A program made the translations under genes and the position numbers. 19,535 nucleotides of DNA from Tubiluchus corallicola (Eukaryota > Animalia > Priapulida): positions 1 through 19,535 of the forward strand of contig JAQGDQ010001950.1 in the NCBI GenBank assembly GCA_030141605.1, written 5' to 3'. The notes beneath the pieces were generated by a model that did not search any database, was not told the origin of the DNA, and saw only the letters and a list, made by a program, of their open reading frames with translations. This document shows, piece by piece, positions 1-11,312 of this stretch (the first letter of the stretch is position 1; every line of letters starts with the position of its first letter).

Positions 1-25
1 GTTGTTGTTGTTGTTGTTGTTGTTG

Positions 26-106
<81 letters not shown>

Positions 107-117
107 TTATTATTACT
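1..117. repeat. (GTT)n(ATT)n microsatellite
   Basis: Seen directly. Confidence 0.98.
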
Positions 118-193
118 ATGTGACTGCTATTTGTAGTAAAGTTTTACCTGAGTTTTTACAGTTCCAAAAGCATCACAATAAATTTTGTTTCAG

Positions 194-340
194 ATTCAAC
201 AAGCTCAGCTCCAGCAAACCGTAAGCGTGTCCATGCCAGAACGGCAGGCCACGCTGAGCGAAGAAGATGAAGAAAAGATCAGCACTCACAATGAGGCGCT
301 GGAGAGAATCAAACAGGCTACCGGTGTTACTCACTTGTCG
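194..340 (+). pseudogene. Duplicated copy of exon C (intact splice sites), part of an upstream partial gene duplicate
   Basis: Appears identical to 9227-9373 including acceptor and donor, but lies upstream of exons A and B. Its downstream intron is interrupted at 1708. It could be functional in an internally duplicated transcript. Confidence 0.7.
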
Positions 341-355
341 GTAAGTAAAACATGG

Positions 356-840
356 TTCCCACGGTTAGGGAAAATCCCGGGAAAATCCTTGAAAATACGG
401 GATGAAAAGTCACGGAAAAGTCAGGGAAAATGCTGAAAATCAGGCGAAAAGTCAGGGAAATTGGAAAGGGTTGCAAAAATAATCACCAAACGATATTTTT
501 GCAAACATATTTTTCAGCTTCCCACGGTTAGGGAAAATCCCGGAAAATCCTTGAAAATACAGGATGAAAAGTCATGGAAAAGTCAGGGAAAATGCTGAAA
601 ACACGAAAAGTCAGGGAAATTGGAAAGGGTTGCAAAAATAATCACCAAACGATATTTTTGCAAAATATTTTTCAGCTTCCCACGGTTAGGGAAAATCCCG
701 GAAAATCCTTGAAAATACAGGATCAAAAGTCATGGAAAAGTCAGGGAAAATGCTGAAAATCAGGCGAAAGTCAGGGAAATTGGAAAGGGTTGCAAAAATA
801 ATCACCACCAAACGATATTTTTGCAAACATATTTTTCAGC
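356..840 (+). repeat. Three tandem ~160-bp units (duplicate of 9389-9875)
   Basis: Units start with TTCCCACGGTTAGGG at 356, 519 and 677; internal GAAAAGTCAGGGAA motifs. Confidence 0.9.
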
Positions 841-1260
841 TATTTGCGTTCAAATGAAATTTTGCTATGGCAGGCTACCAGTTTGGACTTTTGTTCGAAA
901 AATAACGATTCGATTAAGAAAGTTTATTTAGTGTGAACAGTGTTATTTCGTTAGCACTACTGCAACTGTGCCGACACGTTATATATCAGTACGTGCATGA
1001 ATGTCCATACACAAAAATGTGTGAATATGTATACTTGTAATACAATTTCTGCTCGTCTCGGTCGTGGAATATCAAACGCTAAAGTTTCTAGCAAGATGGA
1101 GCCACCTTGATTACAAAATTAAAATTCGTTAAGCCGGGTTCACACTAGCCCCTAATTTGATAATCCTTTGTGTGGCTTTTGTAGGCATAACATTCTCCGT
1201 TATACCGGTCATGTAACAAGAATTGCACAGTAGAGAGTTGAATGCAGAATTATGTCATAT

Positions 1261-1708
1261 CTTCTTCTTCTTCCCTGCTTTTCCCTATGCGGGGTCGCCG
1301 TTGTGAATAAGTCTTCTCCACGCATTCCATCTCTTCTGTTATTGTCCTTCTCTTCTTTTATGTTCTTCTCTCTAAGGTCTCTATTAATACATTCAATCCA
1401 TCTCAGCCTGGGTCGTCCTCTTCTTCTATTTCCCAGCACTTCCATTTCCATGACCTCCCTTCCCACGTGATCTTCCCCGACTCTCCTTTTCAGGTGCCCA
1501 TACCATCGCAATCTTGCCTCTTGTATCTTTTTCGATCCTTCCACTACTTTCACTGTTCCTCTAATATTACTATTCCTGATTTTATCCCTTCTTGTTACTC
1601 CCACCATCCATCTCAACATCCTCATCTCCGCCACATCCGTTTTCTTCTCTTCGGTCTTCTTTAGAGTGCTGCTTCTGCTTCCAGGCCGGTCTGACCACTG
1701 CTTTGTGA
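1261..1708 (-). mobile_element. Duplicated copy of the RTE fragment, second TSD removed by the rearrangement junction
   Basis: Near identical to 10296-10745; only the left TSD (1243-1260) is present. Confidence 0.9.
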
Positions 1709-2016
1709 CTCATTCACAGTTTAAAGCTTTACCTGGCCTTATCTCTCCGCGACTCATTTACAGTTTAAAGCTTTACCTGGACTTATCTCTCCGCGACTCA
1801 TTCACAGTTTAAAGCTTTACCTGGCCTTATCTCTCTGTGACTCGTTTACAGTTCAAAGCTTTACCTGGCCTTATCTCTCCGTGACTCATTCACAGTTTAA
1901 AGCTTTACTTGACCATATCTCTCCGCGACTCATTCACAGTTTAAAGCTTTACCTGGCCTTATCTCTCCGCGACTCATTCACAGTTTAAAGCTTTACCTGG
2001 CCTTATCTCTCTGTGA
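1704..2016 (-). repeat. Seven units of the 44-bp minisatellite, inverted
   Basis: Units start at 1704, 1748, 1792, 1836, 1880, 1924 and 1968. Confidence 0.95.
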
Positions 2017-2118
2017 TACGGCATCGCTTAACAGCATCTTCATGCGCTCACTTTCTTCAACCAGACTCCTTTGTTCAAGCTCCAAGTATTCTATCTGCGT
2101 TGGGTAGTTCAGACTTTC
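1997..2118 (-). pseudogene. Inverted copy of exon A with both splice sites
   Basis: Reverse complement of 5150-5271; one synonymous change seen (AGC to AGT). Confidence 0.85.
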
Positions 2119-2429
2119 CTAGAAACACAAAACCAAATGTTCCTCTTATTCATAATTAAACACAGAATTGATTTGGCACATTGAACACACTGATCCTGAG
2201 CCGTTCTTAGTAATTTAGGTCTCCAAAATTTCCTATCCAAAAAAACTTTATCGTACAACAGAAATTTGGTAATCTGATTACCTATTTCGGATAAACTTTT
2301 ATAAGTGTTATAGGGATGATATATTCGGTTTGTTATATAGGGCCTGAAAATTCAGGGCTTGAAAATTACAGCAAAGTTAAATAGCAGTGCAATGGAGCAA
2401 GATATGTGATACTTCTGGTGTGCAAGGTA

Positions 2430-2954
2430 CAGTGTTCCCTCGCTTATCGCGTATGTTCCGTTCCAGGTCCACCCGCGATAAGTGAATTTACGCAAAGTAG
2501 GGACGCTATACTTATTTTGCACGGTCTAACACTTATAACAAATTGCACTGTACCAATTGTGTGTTGTGTACAATCTCACGTCGGCAATTAGCATCTCAAG
2601 CGGATGCATCTTAAGTACTACATTTCGTTTTTGGTGTGTATTCATCCGCGGAATAAATACACTATTTACTGTAAATGGTAATTTTTTATGATTTATAATA
2701 TTCTTTTAATATTAGAATTAATATTTTTAATATATTTTTATACATTTTGTGATTTTTTTTATGCAAAATTCATCAAATCTATACATTACTGTACAATACG
2801 TACTACGCATGTGCAAAAATACTTTAGACGGAGTAAAGCAAGAACCCGCGAAACAGCGAAAATACCGCGATAAATATGTTACATTAATATTTTTGAAAAC
2901 CCGCGAAACAGCGAGTCCGCGATAAACGAACTGCGAACTAGCGAGGGATCACAG
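2430..2954. mobile_element. Tc1/mariner(pogo)-type MITE
   Basis: TA|CAGTGTTCCCTCGC ... GCGAGGGATCACAG|TA; AT-rich interior with no coding capacity. Confidence 0.8.
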
Positions 2955-3306
2955 TACTGTGATGTTCCATCTTTATTTCTATATAGACACATAGTTGACT
3001 ATTTTGATATCTTAGTTCACATTTTTGTACTTATAATTTCATTTTTTGTTTGATTACTGCATTTGATTTTATTCTACATGAAATTAAATTTTTTCCTAAA
3101 GTATTTCACTAAATGCATTTTGATGCATCGTTATTATTAATATTATTACTACTTTAGTTCGGATCCCTGAATTTCCACCCGGATTATCAACATCAGAATC
3201 CGCTCTGGTAAACATTGATTGCAACCGCTAAACGTTGAGTGAATTTTTAGTATGACAAAATTACTTTTCTGATAATTGTTACATTAAGTGAAAATCATAT
3301 TTAACG

Positions 3307-3436
3307 ATTCAGTTCAATTCAATTTATTCGTATCTTTTACACGACATAACAATATACATTATTTATATGAGAATAACACTGCTATGATAATTGAGACGGG
3401 GTGGCAAAACACCAAGAGGTAACCTAGCAGCCTTTC
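3307..3436 (-). mobile_element. Possible LINE 3' end remnant (AATAAA plus TTGAA-type tail)
   Basis: Minus strand ends AATAAATTGAATTGAACTGAAT; no coding support. Confidence 0.3.
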
Positions 3437-3511
3437 CTGTTTATGCAACATTAATTAGTATGGTTAATTACGTTACACTAATTGCAGCTTTGTGCGAGAC
3501 TTATTTAATAT

Positions 3512-3873
3512 TAGGGGTGAGCCGTCGCTACCAGAAAGCGAATTCGAATCGAAGCGAATTCGAGACTTTCGAATTCGAATCGAACCGAATTTCAGTGTTT
3601 CGAATCCGAATCGAATTCGAATTGAGTGTGAAAGATTTTCGAACCGCTAGTAAAAAGTGGCCTTGCAAAAATCGTGCATGTTACTTGATTTTGTTCTGCA
3701 GTAAAACCGCCATTAGTTTGTTAAAAGTTTTGCGCAGAAACTGCAGCTAAATTGGGCTAAGTGCACGCTGCTTCAAACATTTTAATGATAATGAAGTGCT
3801 GAATTGTTCGAATCCATAATTTTATATTCGAATCGAATTCAAACTTAAAAAACTCGTTCGATGTTCACCCTTG
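3512..3873. mobile_element. hAT-like MITE rich in TTCGAA motifs
   Basis: Ends TAGGGGTGA / TCACCCTTG; 8-bp flanks TTTAATAT (3504-3511) and TTTAATTT (3874-3881); subterminal GAATTCGAATCGAA repeats. Confidence 0.65.
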
Positions 3874-4316
3874 TTTAATTTGAGCAAAACAGTGCATCGA
3901 AATGACAAAATAAAAATAATAATAATAGTAATATTAACCATGCATGAAAATATCAAAATAGCAAAAACATATTGTTTCAATAATCAATAAAAGTTGCAGT
4001 AACATATGTAATACACTGGAAAAAACTAATTACTTATGTCATTATAAAAATCACATGCTAATTATATTCAAACAGTTCATGGAAGTAACAAAATATAAAG
4101 TAGTAATAATATTAATAATAACGATGCATCAAAATGCATATTGTGTCAAAAGTTGATAATAGTGAAATACTTTAGGAAAAAATTTAATTTCATGTAGAAT
4201 AAAATGAAATGCAGTAATCAAACAAAAAATGAAATTATAAGTACAAAAATGTGAACTAAGATATCAAAATAGTCAACTATGTGTCTATATAGAAATAAAG
4301 ATGGAACATCACAGTA

Positions 4317-4838
4317 CTGTGATCCCTCGCTACGTCGCAGTTCGTTTATCGCGGACTCGCTGTTTCGCGGGTTTTCAAAAATATTAATGTAAAATATTTA
4401 TCACAGTATTTTCGCTGTTTCGCGGTTCTTGCGGTACTCCGTTTAAAGTATTTTTGCACATGCGTCGTACGTATTGTACAGTAATGTATAGATTTGATGA
4501 ATTTTGCATAAAAAATCACAAAATGTATAAAAATATATTAAAAATATTAATTCTAATATTAAAAGAATATTATAAATCATAAAAAATTACCATTTACAGT
4601 AAATAGTGTATTTATTCGGCGGATGAATACACACCAAAAACGAAATGTAGTACTTAAGATGCGTCCGCTTGAGATGCTAATTGCCGACGTGAGATTGTAC
4701 ACAACACACAATTGGTACAGTGCAATTTGTTATAAGTGTTAGACCGTGCAAAATAAGTATAGCGTCCCTACTTCGCGTAAATTCACTCATCGCAGGTGGG
4801 CCTGGAACGGAACACCCGCGATAAGCGAGGGAACACTG
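4317..4838. mobile_element. Same MITE in the right arm of the inverted repeat
   Basis: Reverse complement of 2430-2954; one TA flank reads CA. Confidence 0.8.
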
Positions 4839-5149
4839 CACCTTGAGCACCAGAATTATCACATATCTTGCTCCATTGCACTGCTATTTAACTTTGCTGT
4901 AATTTTCAAGCCCTGAATTTTCAGGCCCTATACAACAAACCGAATATATCATCCCTATAACACTCATATAAGTTTATCCGAAATAGGTAATCAGATTACC
5001 AAATTTCTGTTGTACGATAAAGTTTTTTTGGATAGGAAATTTTGGAGTCCTAAATTACTTAGAACGGCTCAGGATCAGTGTGTTCAATGTGCCAAATCAA
5101 TTCTGTGTTTAATTATGAATAAGAGGAACATTTGGTTTTGTGTTTCTAG

Positions 5150-5271
5150 GAAAGCCTGAACTACCCAACGCAGATAGAATACTTGGAGCTTGAACAAAGG
5201 AGTCTGGTTGAAGAAAGTGAGCGCATGAAGATGCTGTTAAGCGATGCCGTATCACAGAGAGATAAGGCCAG
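5150..5271 (+). CDS. CCDC151: Internal exon A of a CCDC151/ODAD3-like gene (ESLNYPTQIEYLELEQRSLVEESERMKMLLSDAVSQRDKA)
   Basis: tttctag acceptor and ag|gtaaag donor; 122 nt, phase 0 to 2; splices in frame to the exon at 7922. The peptide resembles, from memory, the 'SL..Q/ENRLD.ME.E.....EL..L.....EA..ARD.AK' segment of CCDC151. Not in the ORF track because it lacks a start codon. Confidence 0.82.
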
Positions 5272-6620
5272 GTAAAGCTTTAAACTGTGAATGAGTCGCG
5301 GAGAGATAAGGCCAGGTAAAGCTTTAAACTGTGAATGAGTCGCGGAGAGATAAGGCCAGGTAAAGCTTTGAACTGTGAATGAGTCGCGGAGAGATATGGT
5401 CAAGTAAAGCTTTAAACTGTGAATGAGTCGCGGAGAGATATGGTCAAGTAAAGCTTTAAACTGTGAATGAGTCACAGAGAGATAAGGCCAGGTAAAGCTT
5501 TAAACTGTGAATGAGTCGCGGAGAGATAAGGCCAGGTAAAGCTTTAAACTGTGAATGAGTCACAGAGAGATAAGTCCAGGTAAAGCTTTAAAATGTAAAT
5601 GAGTCACAGAGAGATAAGGCCAGGTAAAGCTTTAAACTGTGAATGAGTCACGGAGAGATAAGTCCAGGTAAAGCTTTAAAATGTAAATGAGTCACGGAGA
5701 GATAAGTCCAGGTAAAGCTTTAAAATGTAAATGAGTCACAGAGAGATAAGGCCAGGTAAAGCTTTAAACTGTGAATGAGTCGCGGAGAAATAAGTCCAGG
5801 TAAAGCTTTAAAATGTAAATGAGTCACAGAGAGATAAGGCCAGGTAAAGCTAAAGCTTTGAACTGTGAATGAGTCACAGAGCGATAAGACCCCGTAAAGC
5901 TTTAAACTATAAATGAGTCACTGAGAGATAAGGCCAAGTAAAGCTTTAAACTGTAAATGAGTCACAGAGAGATAAGGCCAAGTAAAGCTTTAAACTGTAA
6001 ATGAGTCTCAGAGAGATAAGGCCAGGTAAAGCTAAAGCCTTGAACTGTGAATGAGTCACAGAGAGATAAGGCCAGGTAAAGCTTTAAACTGTAAATGAGT
6101 CACAGAGAGATTAGGCCAGGTAAAGCTTTAAATTCTAAATGAGTCACAGAGAGATAAGGCCAAGTAAAACTAAAGCTTTGAATTGTGAATGAGTCACAGA
6201 GAAATAAGGCCAAGTAAAGCTTGAAACTGTAAACGAGTCACAGAGAGATAAGACCAGGTAAAGCTTTAAACTGTAAACGAGTCACAGAGAGATAAGACCA
6301 AGTAAAGCTTTAAACTGTAAACGAGTCACAGAGAGATAAGACCAGGTAAAGCTTTAAACTGTAAACGAGTCACAGAGAGATAAGACCAAGTAAAGCTTTA
6401 AACTGTAAATGAGTCACAGAGAGATAAGACCAAGTAAAGCTTTAAACTGTAAATGAGTCACAGAGAGATAAACCAGGTAAAGCTTTAAACTGTAAATGAG
6501 TCAGAGAGAGATAAGACCAGGTAAAGCTTTAAACTGTAAACGAGTCACAGAGAGATAAGACCAGGTAAAGCTTTAAACTGTAAACAAGTCACAGAGAGAT
6601 AAGACCGGGTAAAGCTTCCA
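5252..6620 (+). repeat. 44-bp minisatellite, ~31 units (GTAAAGCTTTAAACTGTGAATGAGTCACAGAGAGATAAGGCCAG), degenerating to ~6800
   Basis: Period 44 (GT at 5272, 5316, 5360...). The unit is the last 20 nt of exon A plus the first 24 nt of the intron. Confidence 0.95.
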
Positions 6621-6942
6621 ACTAACTGAATCAGACCAGACTAATGCTTAAAACTGTAACTGAATTGCAGAAAGATGAACTCTGGTAAAGCTGAAAACTG
6701 TAATGAAGTCATAAAAAGATTAAGCCCTAGTAAAGCTTGAAACTGTAACTGAATCACAGAGAGGTAAGACCTGATAAAATTCAAAACTAGAACTGAGATA
6801 GGCCCAATTCTGTGCTGCCAGAAGGATATCATTAGTTATTTTGTACTTATCATTTTGTACAATGTACCCGAACACTGGTTTTGAGTGTTACTGGATTATA
6901 TTCTAGGATAGCTTATGAAGCATGTACAACGACGTATTAAGA

Positions 6943-7843
6943 CTTTACGACACCCTAGGCTGATACTTCTGTCCCACTCATCTCTGTAGTGTAATAAGGT
7001 GATTAATAAACAATTACTTATGGTGTATTTTTTTGTTGTTGTTGGCATCCTTCTGTCTCAGAAAAGACAATGGAGTGTGCGCCAAGAGAGTCAGTGATTG
7101 ATCACATTGATGGACCTGCAGCGTTGACTGTGGCTGGGCAGTGCGATCCTTGAACGTCTCCTGGGCGCACGTCTGGGCAAGGTGTGTGGAGATCCTGAGT
7201 TACCCAGACAACTGGAACCCCCTCTCTTCCTCCCTGGTGTAGTCCAAAGGAAAGCGGAGCGATACGTTTGGCACCAGGTTGGCTGCAGGAGCTGCCGGAG
7301 TCAGTGAGCATGCTGCACTGGTCCGCCTTCGGGGCTCCACTCCTGATTTGAAAGGTTTACTCCTTTACACATGGCCATTGGGTCACTTGACCTCCTCCAC
7401 CCTCTAGCCATTGGCTACTTGTGCAGCTCCTCCACCTAGTGTCGAGATACAGTGTGGGCATCCCGCAAGCCTACAGCACCTGGTATTCCTAGCTGGTCAC
7501 CCATCCAAGTACTAACCGGCTCTACGTTGCATAACGGTGTATTAGAAACGCTATTAACGTAGTTTCTACATGGTCATTATTAATTACACGTATTTTCACA
7601 GCGATTCTATTCATGCAGGCTGCTCAACTGCTTGTTGTGTAATACCTTACACTTGTTCGTTATGTGGCACCTACATATAGGCTGCACTAAGTAACTGCCT
7701 GTGGTGTGTTATAAAATACTCCATTTACATGACTATGGGACTACACACATTTTCCGAAGAGAATAAGAATTTTTCTAAAATGTGACACCCTCAAACTTTC
7801 GTGCCCTGGGCTATAGCCTAGTAGCTTATAAGTTGCGCTCTTG
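6943..7843. mobile_element. Old dispersed repeat (hAT-like MITE) interrupted by the SINE
   Basis: Collinear but diverged from 12585-12951; ends GCCCTGGGGCTATAGCCTAG...GCGCTCTTG. Confidence 0.5.
7030..7535 (-). mobile_element. 5'-truncated independent insertion of the 5S-derived SINE with (AAC)3-A tail and 8-bp TSD
   Basis: Same body; retains the 5S 3' half without the deletion. TSD GGTGTATT at 7022-7029 and 7536-7543. Confidence 0.85.
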
Positions 7844-7921
7844 AGCACACAGCTTTGACATTGGGGAGCCTGAGTGGATTTAAGAGCTGAAATTGTTAAT
7901 TATGATGTATTGCATTTGCAG

Positions 7922-8045
7922 GAGAAAACTGACAAAACTGGAAGAGAAGGTAATTAGACGAAAGAAAGAGCGGGATGTAGAACTTCACGGTGTGCAGAAA
8001 ATCGTAGCTGAGAAAGAGATGCAATACGATCGTGTGAAACGAAGG
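7922..8045 (+). CDS. CCDC151: Internal exon B of CCDC151/ODAD3-like gene (RKLTKLEEKVIRRKKERDVELHGVQKIVAEKEMQYDRVKRR)
   Basis: tttgcag acceptor and gg|gtaagc donor; 124 nt, phase 2 to 0. The charged coiled-coil resembles the recalled 'L..LEE...RERK.RE......K..AEEKK...ER.ER' region. Confidence 0.82.
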
Positions 8046-8874
8046 GTAAGCTACAGTTTCATAAAAGAAATGGACGGAGGGTAAGCTACAGTTTCATAAA
8101 AGAAATGGACGAAGGATAAGCTACAGTTTCATTATAGAAATGGACGAAGGGTAAGCTACAGTTTCATAAAAGAAATGGACAAAGGGTAAGCTACAGTTTC
8201 ATGAAAGAAATGGACGAAGGATAAGCTACAGTTTCATAATAGGAGTGGACGAAGGGTAAGCTACAGTTTCATAATAGGAGTGGACGAAGGATAAGCTACA
8301 GTTTCATAATAGGAGTGGACGAAGAGTAAGCTACAGTTTCATTATAGAAATGGACGAAGGGTAAGCTACAGTTTCATAATAGGAATGGACGAAGGGTAAG
8401 CTACAGTTTCATTATAGAAATGGACGAAGGGTAAGCTACAGTTTAATAAAAGAAATGCACGAAGTGTAAGCTACAGTTTCATAATAGGAGTGGACGAAGG
8501 GTAAGCTACAGTTTTCTAATAGGAATGGACGAAGGGTAAGCTACAGTTTAATAAAAGAAATGCACGAAGGGTAAGCTACAGTTTTCTAATAGGAATGGAC
8601 GAAGGGTAAGCTACAATTTCATAATAGGAATGGACGAAGGCTAAGCTACAGTTTCATAATAGGAATGGACGAAGGGTAAGCTACAGTTTAATAAAAGAAA
8701 TGCAGGAAGGGTAAGCTACAGTTTCATATTAGGAATGGACGAAGGGTAAGCTACAGTTTAATAAAAAAAATGCACGAAGGGTAAACTACAGTTTCATATT
8801 AGGAATGGACGAAGGGTAAGCTACAGTTTAATAAAAAAAATGCACGAAGGGTAAACTACAGTTTCATAAAAGAA

Positions 8875-8875
<1 letters not shown>
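8039..8875 (+). repeat. 35-bp minisatellite, 24 units (GTAAGCTACAGTTTCATAATAGGAATGGACGAAGG)
   Basis: Exact period 35 from 8046 to 8851. The unit includes the last 7 nt of exon B (ACGAAGG) and its donor. Confidence 0.95.
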
Positions 8876-9150
<275 letters not shown>

Positions 9151-9226
9151 ATGTGACTGCTATTTGTAGTAAAGTTTTACCTGAGTTTTTACAGTTCCAA
9201 AAGCATCACAATAAATTTTGTTTCAG

Positions 9227-9373
9227 ATTCAACAAGCTCAGCTCCAGCAAACCGTAAGCGTGTCCATGCCAGAACGGCAGGCCACGCTGAGCGAAGAAGA
9301 TGAAGAAAAGATCAGCACTCACAATGAGGCGCTGGAGAGAATCAAACAGGCTACCGGTGTTACTCACTTGTCG
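9227..9373 (+). CDS. CCDC151: Internal exon C of CCDC151/ODAD3-like gene (IQQAQLQQ...EEKISTHNEALERIKQATGVTHLS)
   Basis: tttcag acceptor and cg|gtaagt donor; 147 nt, phase 0 to 0. Contains the 'F/L..IK.ATG' motif typical of ODA-docking coiled-coil proteins. Confidence 0.85.
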
Positions 9374-9388
9374 GTAAGTAAAACATGG

Positions 9389-9875
9389 TTCCCACGGTTA
9401 GGGAAAATCCCGGGAAAATCCTTGAAAATACGGGATGAAAAGTCACGGAAAAGTCAGGAAAAATGCTGAAAATCAGGCGAAAAGTCAGGGAAATTGGAAA
9501 GGGTTGCAAAAATAATCACCAAACGATATTTTTGCAAACATATTTTTCAGCTTCCCACGGTTAGGGAAAATCCCGGAAAATCCTTGAAAATACAGGATGA
9601 AAAGTCATGGAAAAGTCAGGGAAAATGCTGAAAATCAGACGAAAAGTCAGGGAAATTGGAAAGGGTTGCAAAAATAATCACCAAACGATATTTTTGCAAA
9701 TATATTTTTCAGCTTCCCACGGTTAGGGAAAATCCCGGAAAATCCTTGAAAATACAGGATCAAAAGTCATGGAAAAGTCAGGGAAAATGCTGAAAATCAG
9801 ACGAAAAGTCAGGGAAATTGGAAAGGGTTGCAAAAATAATCACCAAACGATATTTTTGCAAATATATTTTTCAGC
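9389..9875 (+). repeat. Three tandem ~162-bp units, possibly an amplified end of a non-autonomous DNA transposon
   Basis: Units at 9389, 9552 and 9714. CATGGTTCCCAC start and reiterated AAAAGTCAGGGAA subterminal-like motifs. The transposon origin is an inference. Confidence 0.85.
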
Positions 9876-10295
9876 TATTCGCGTTCAAATGAAATTTTGC
9901 TATGGCAGGCTACCAGTTTGGACTTTTGTTCGAAAAATAACGATTCGATTAAGAAAGTTTATTTAGTGTGAACAGTGTTATTTCGTTAGCACTACTGCAA
10001 CTGTGCCGACACGTTATATATCAGTACGTGCATGAATGTCCATACACAAAAATGTGTGAATATGTATACTGGTAATACAATTTCTGCTCGTCTCGGTCGT
10101 GGAATATCAAACGCTAAAGTTTCTAGCAAGATGGAGCCACCTTGATTACAAAATTAAAATTCGTTAAGCCGGGTTCACACTAGCCCCTAATTTGATAATC
10201 CTTTGTGTGGCTTTTGTAGGCATAACATTCTCCGTTATACCGGTCATGTAACAAGAATTGCACAGTAGAGAGTTGAATGCAGAATTATGTCATAT

Positions 10296-10749
10296 CTTCT
10301 TCTTCTTCCCTGCTTTTCCCTATGCGGGGTCGCCGTTGTGAATAAGTCTTCTCCACGCATTCCATCTCTTCTGTTATTGTCCTTCTCTTCTTTTATGTTC
10401 TTCTCTCTAAGGTCTCTATTAATACATTCAATCCATCTCAGCCTGGGTCGTCCTCTTCTTCTATTTCCCAGCACTTCCATTTCCATGACCTCCCTTCCCA
10501 CGTGATCTTCCCCGACTCTCCTTTTCAGGTGCCCATACCATCGCAATCTTGCCTCTTGTATCTTTTTCGATCCTTCCACTACTTTCACTGTTCCTCTAAT
10601 ATTACTATTCCTGATTTTATCCCTTCTTGTTACTCCCACCATCCATCTCAACATCCTCATCTCCGCCACATCCGTTTTCTTCTCTTCGGTCTTCTTTAGA
10701 GGTGCTGCTTTCTGCTTCCAGGCCGGTCTGACCACTGCTTTGTGAACTT
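10296..10749 (-). mobile_element. 5'-truncated RTE-clade LINE (3' end of RT ORF plus (GAA)n tail) with 18-bp TSD
   Basis: Peptide AEMRMLRWMVGVTRRDKIRN...RLRWYGHLKRR...RRRGRPRLRW is typical of the RTE C-terminus. TSD TGCAGAATTATGTCATAT at 10278-10295 and 10750-10767. Confidence 0.92.
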
Positions 10750-10821
10750 TGCAGAATTATGTCATATACGATACGTAATATGTATGTAATACATGGTATG
10801 TAACATGATAAATACATAATA

Positions 10822-11312
10822 CAGTGGACTCTCGTTATAAGAATCACCTCGGGAGAAGGCAAAGTGATTCTTATAACGAGCGATTCTTATAATGAGCATG
10901 ACACAGAATTGCTTTAAAAATTTTTTATGCACATAAAAATTATTTATTTCCCGAAATTACGCTAGAACGACGTGAAACAGCATAATGTTTTTCTGGCCTA
11001 AAAAGGACCTAAAAATTACTAGACTAATGTTTTCATTTCATGGTTGGGTAAATATTTCATGATGCCAGAATTGCCTTAAAAAATTTTAATGCACGTAATT
11101 TTTTTCCGCCACGCCCACTGCGCAGAACCTTGTAAGCAGGGCGTGAGTGACAATGGAGTTGGCGCCAAAATTGATTCTACTATCGAAAGATGAAGATTCT
11201 TATACGAGCGGATTTTCACTAGGAAAATGCCGAATCAATTCGGGAAACGCGATTTTGATTCTTATATCGAGCTGATTCTTATACGTGTGATTCTTGTAAC
11301 GAGAGTCCACTG
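10822..11312. mobile_element. Tc1/mariner(pogo)-type MITE with 26-bp TIRs
   Basis: TA|CAGTGGACTCTCGTTATAAGAATCAC ... GTGATTCTTGTAACGAGAGTCCACTG|TA (1 mismatch). Confidence 0.9.

Larger units (their letters stand above)
1..1708 (+). repeat. Direct segmental duplication of 9037-10745 (runs off the left edge of the window)
   Basis: Microsatellite, exon C, 162-bp repeats and RTE fragment are all collinear, with about ten small differences by eye. Duplicate ORFs in the track (185/9218, 1252/10287, 1467/10502). Confidence 0.95.
1704..5564. repeat. Long inverted repeat: arms 1704-3156 and 4096-~5564, spacer 3157-4095
   Basis: The arms are reverse complements with a few percent substitutions and a ~20-bp indel at 4140-4159. 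Mirrored ORFs 2406(+) and 4677(-). Confidence 0.95.

Noticed and set aside
364-370. TTAGGG in the 162-bp units as telomeric repeats
   Set aside because: A single isolated hexamer per unit, not tandem.
185-436. Stand-alone 83-aa genes (185-436, 9218-9469) and the other short ORFs overlapping exons
   Set aside because: They are exons read through into introns; splice signals and phases explain them better.
2948-2963. Perfect 16-bp palindrome ATCACAGTACTGTGAT
   Set aside because: Formed by the MITE end, its TA target and the flank; no independent evidence of function.
8046-8060. Complementarity between the 35-mer (ACAGTTT) and the 44-mer (AAACTGT)
   Set aside because: Only 7 bp in AT-rich DNA; expected by chance.
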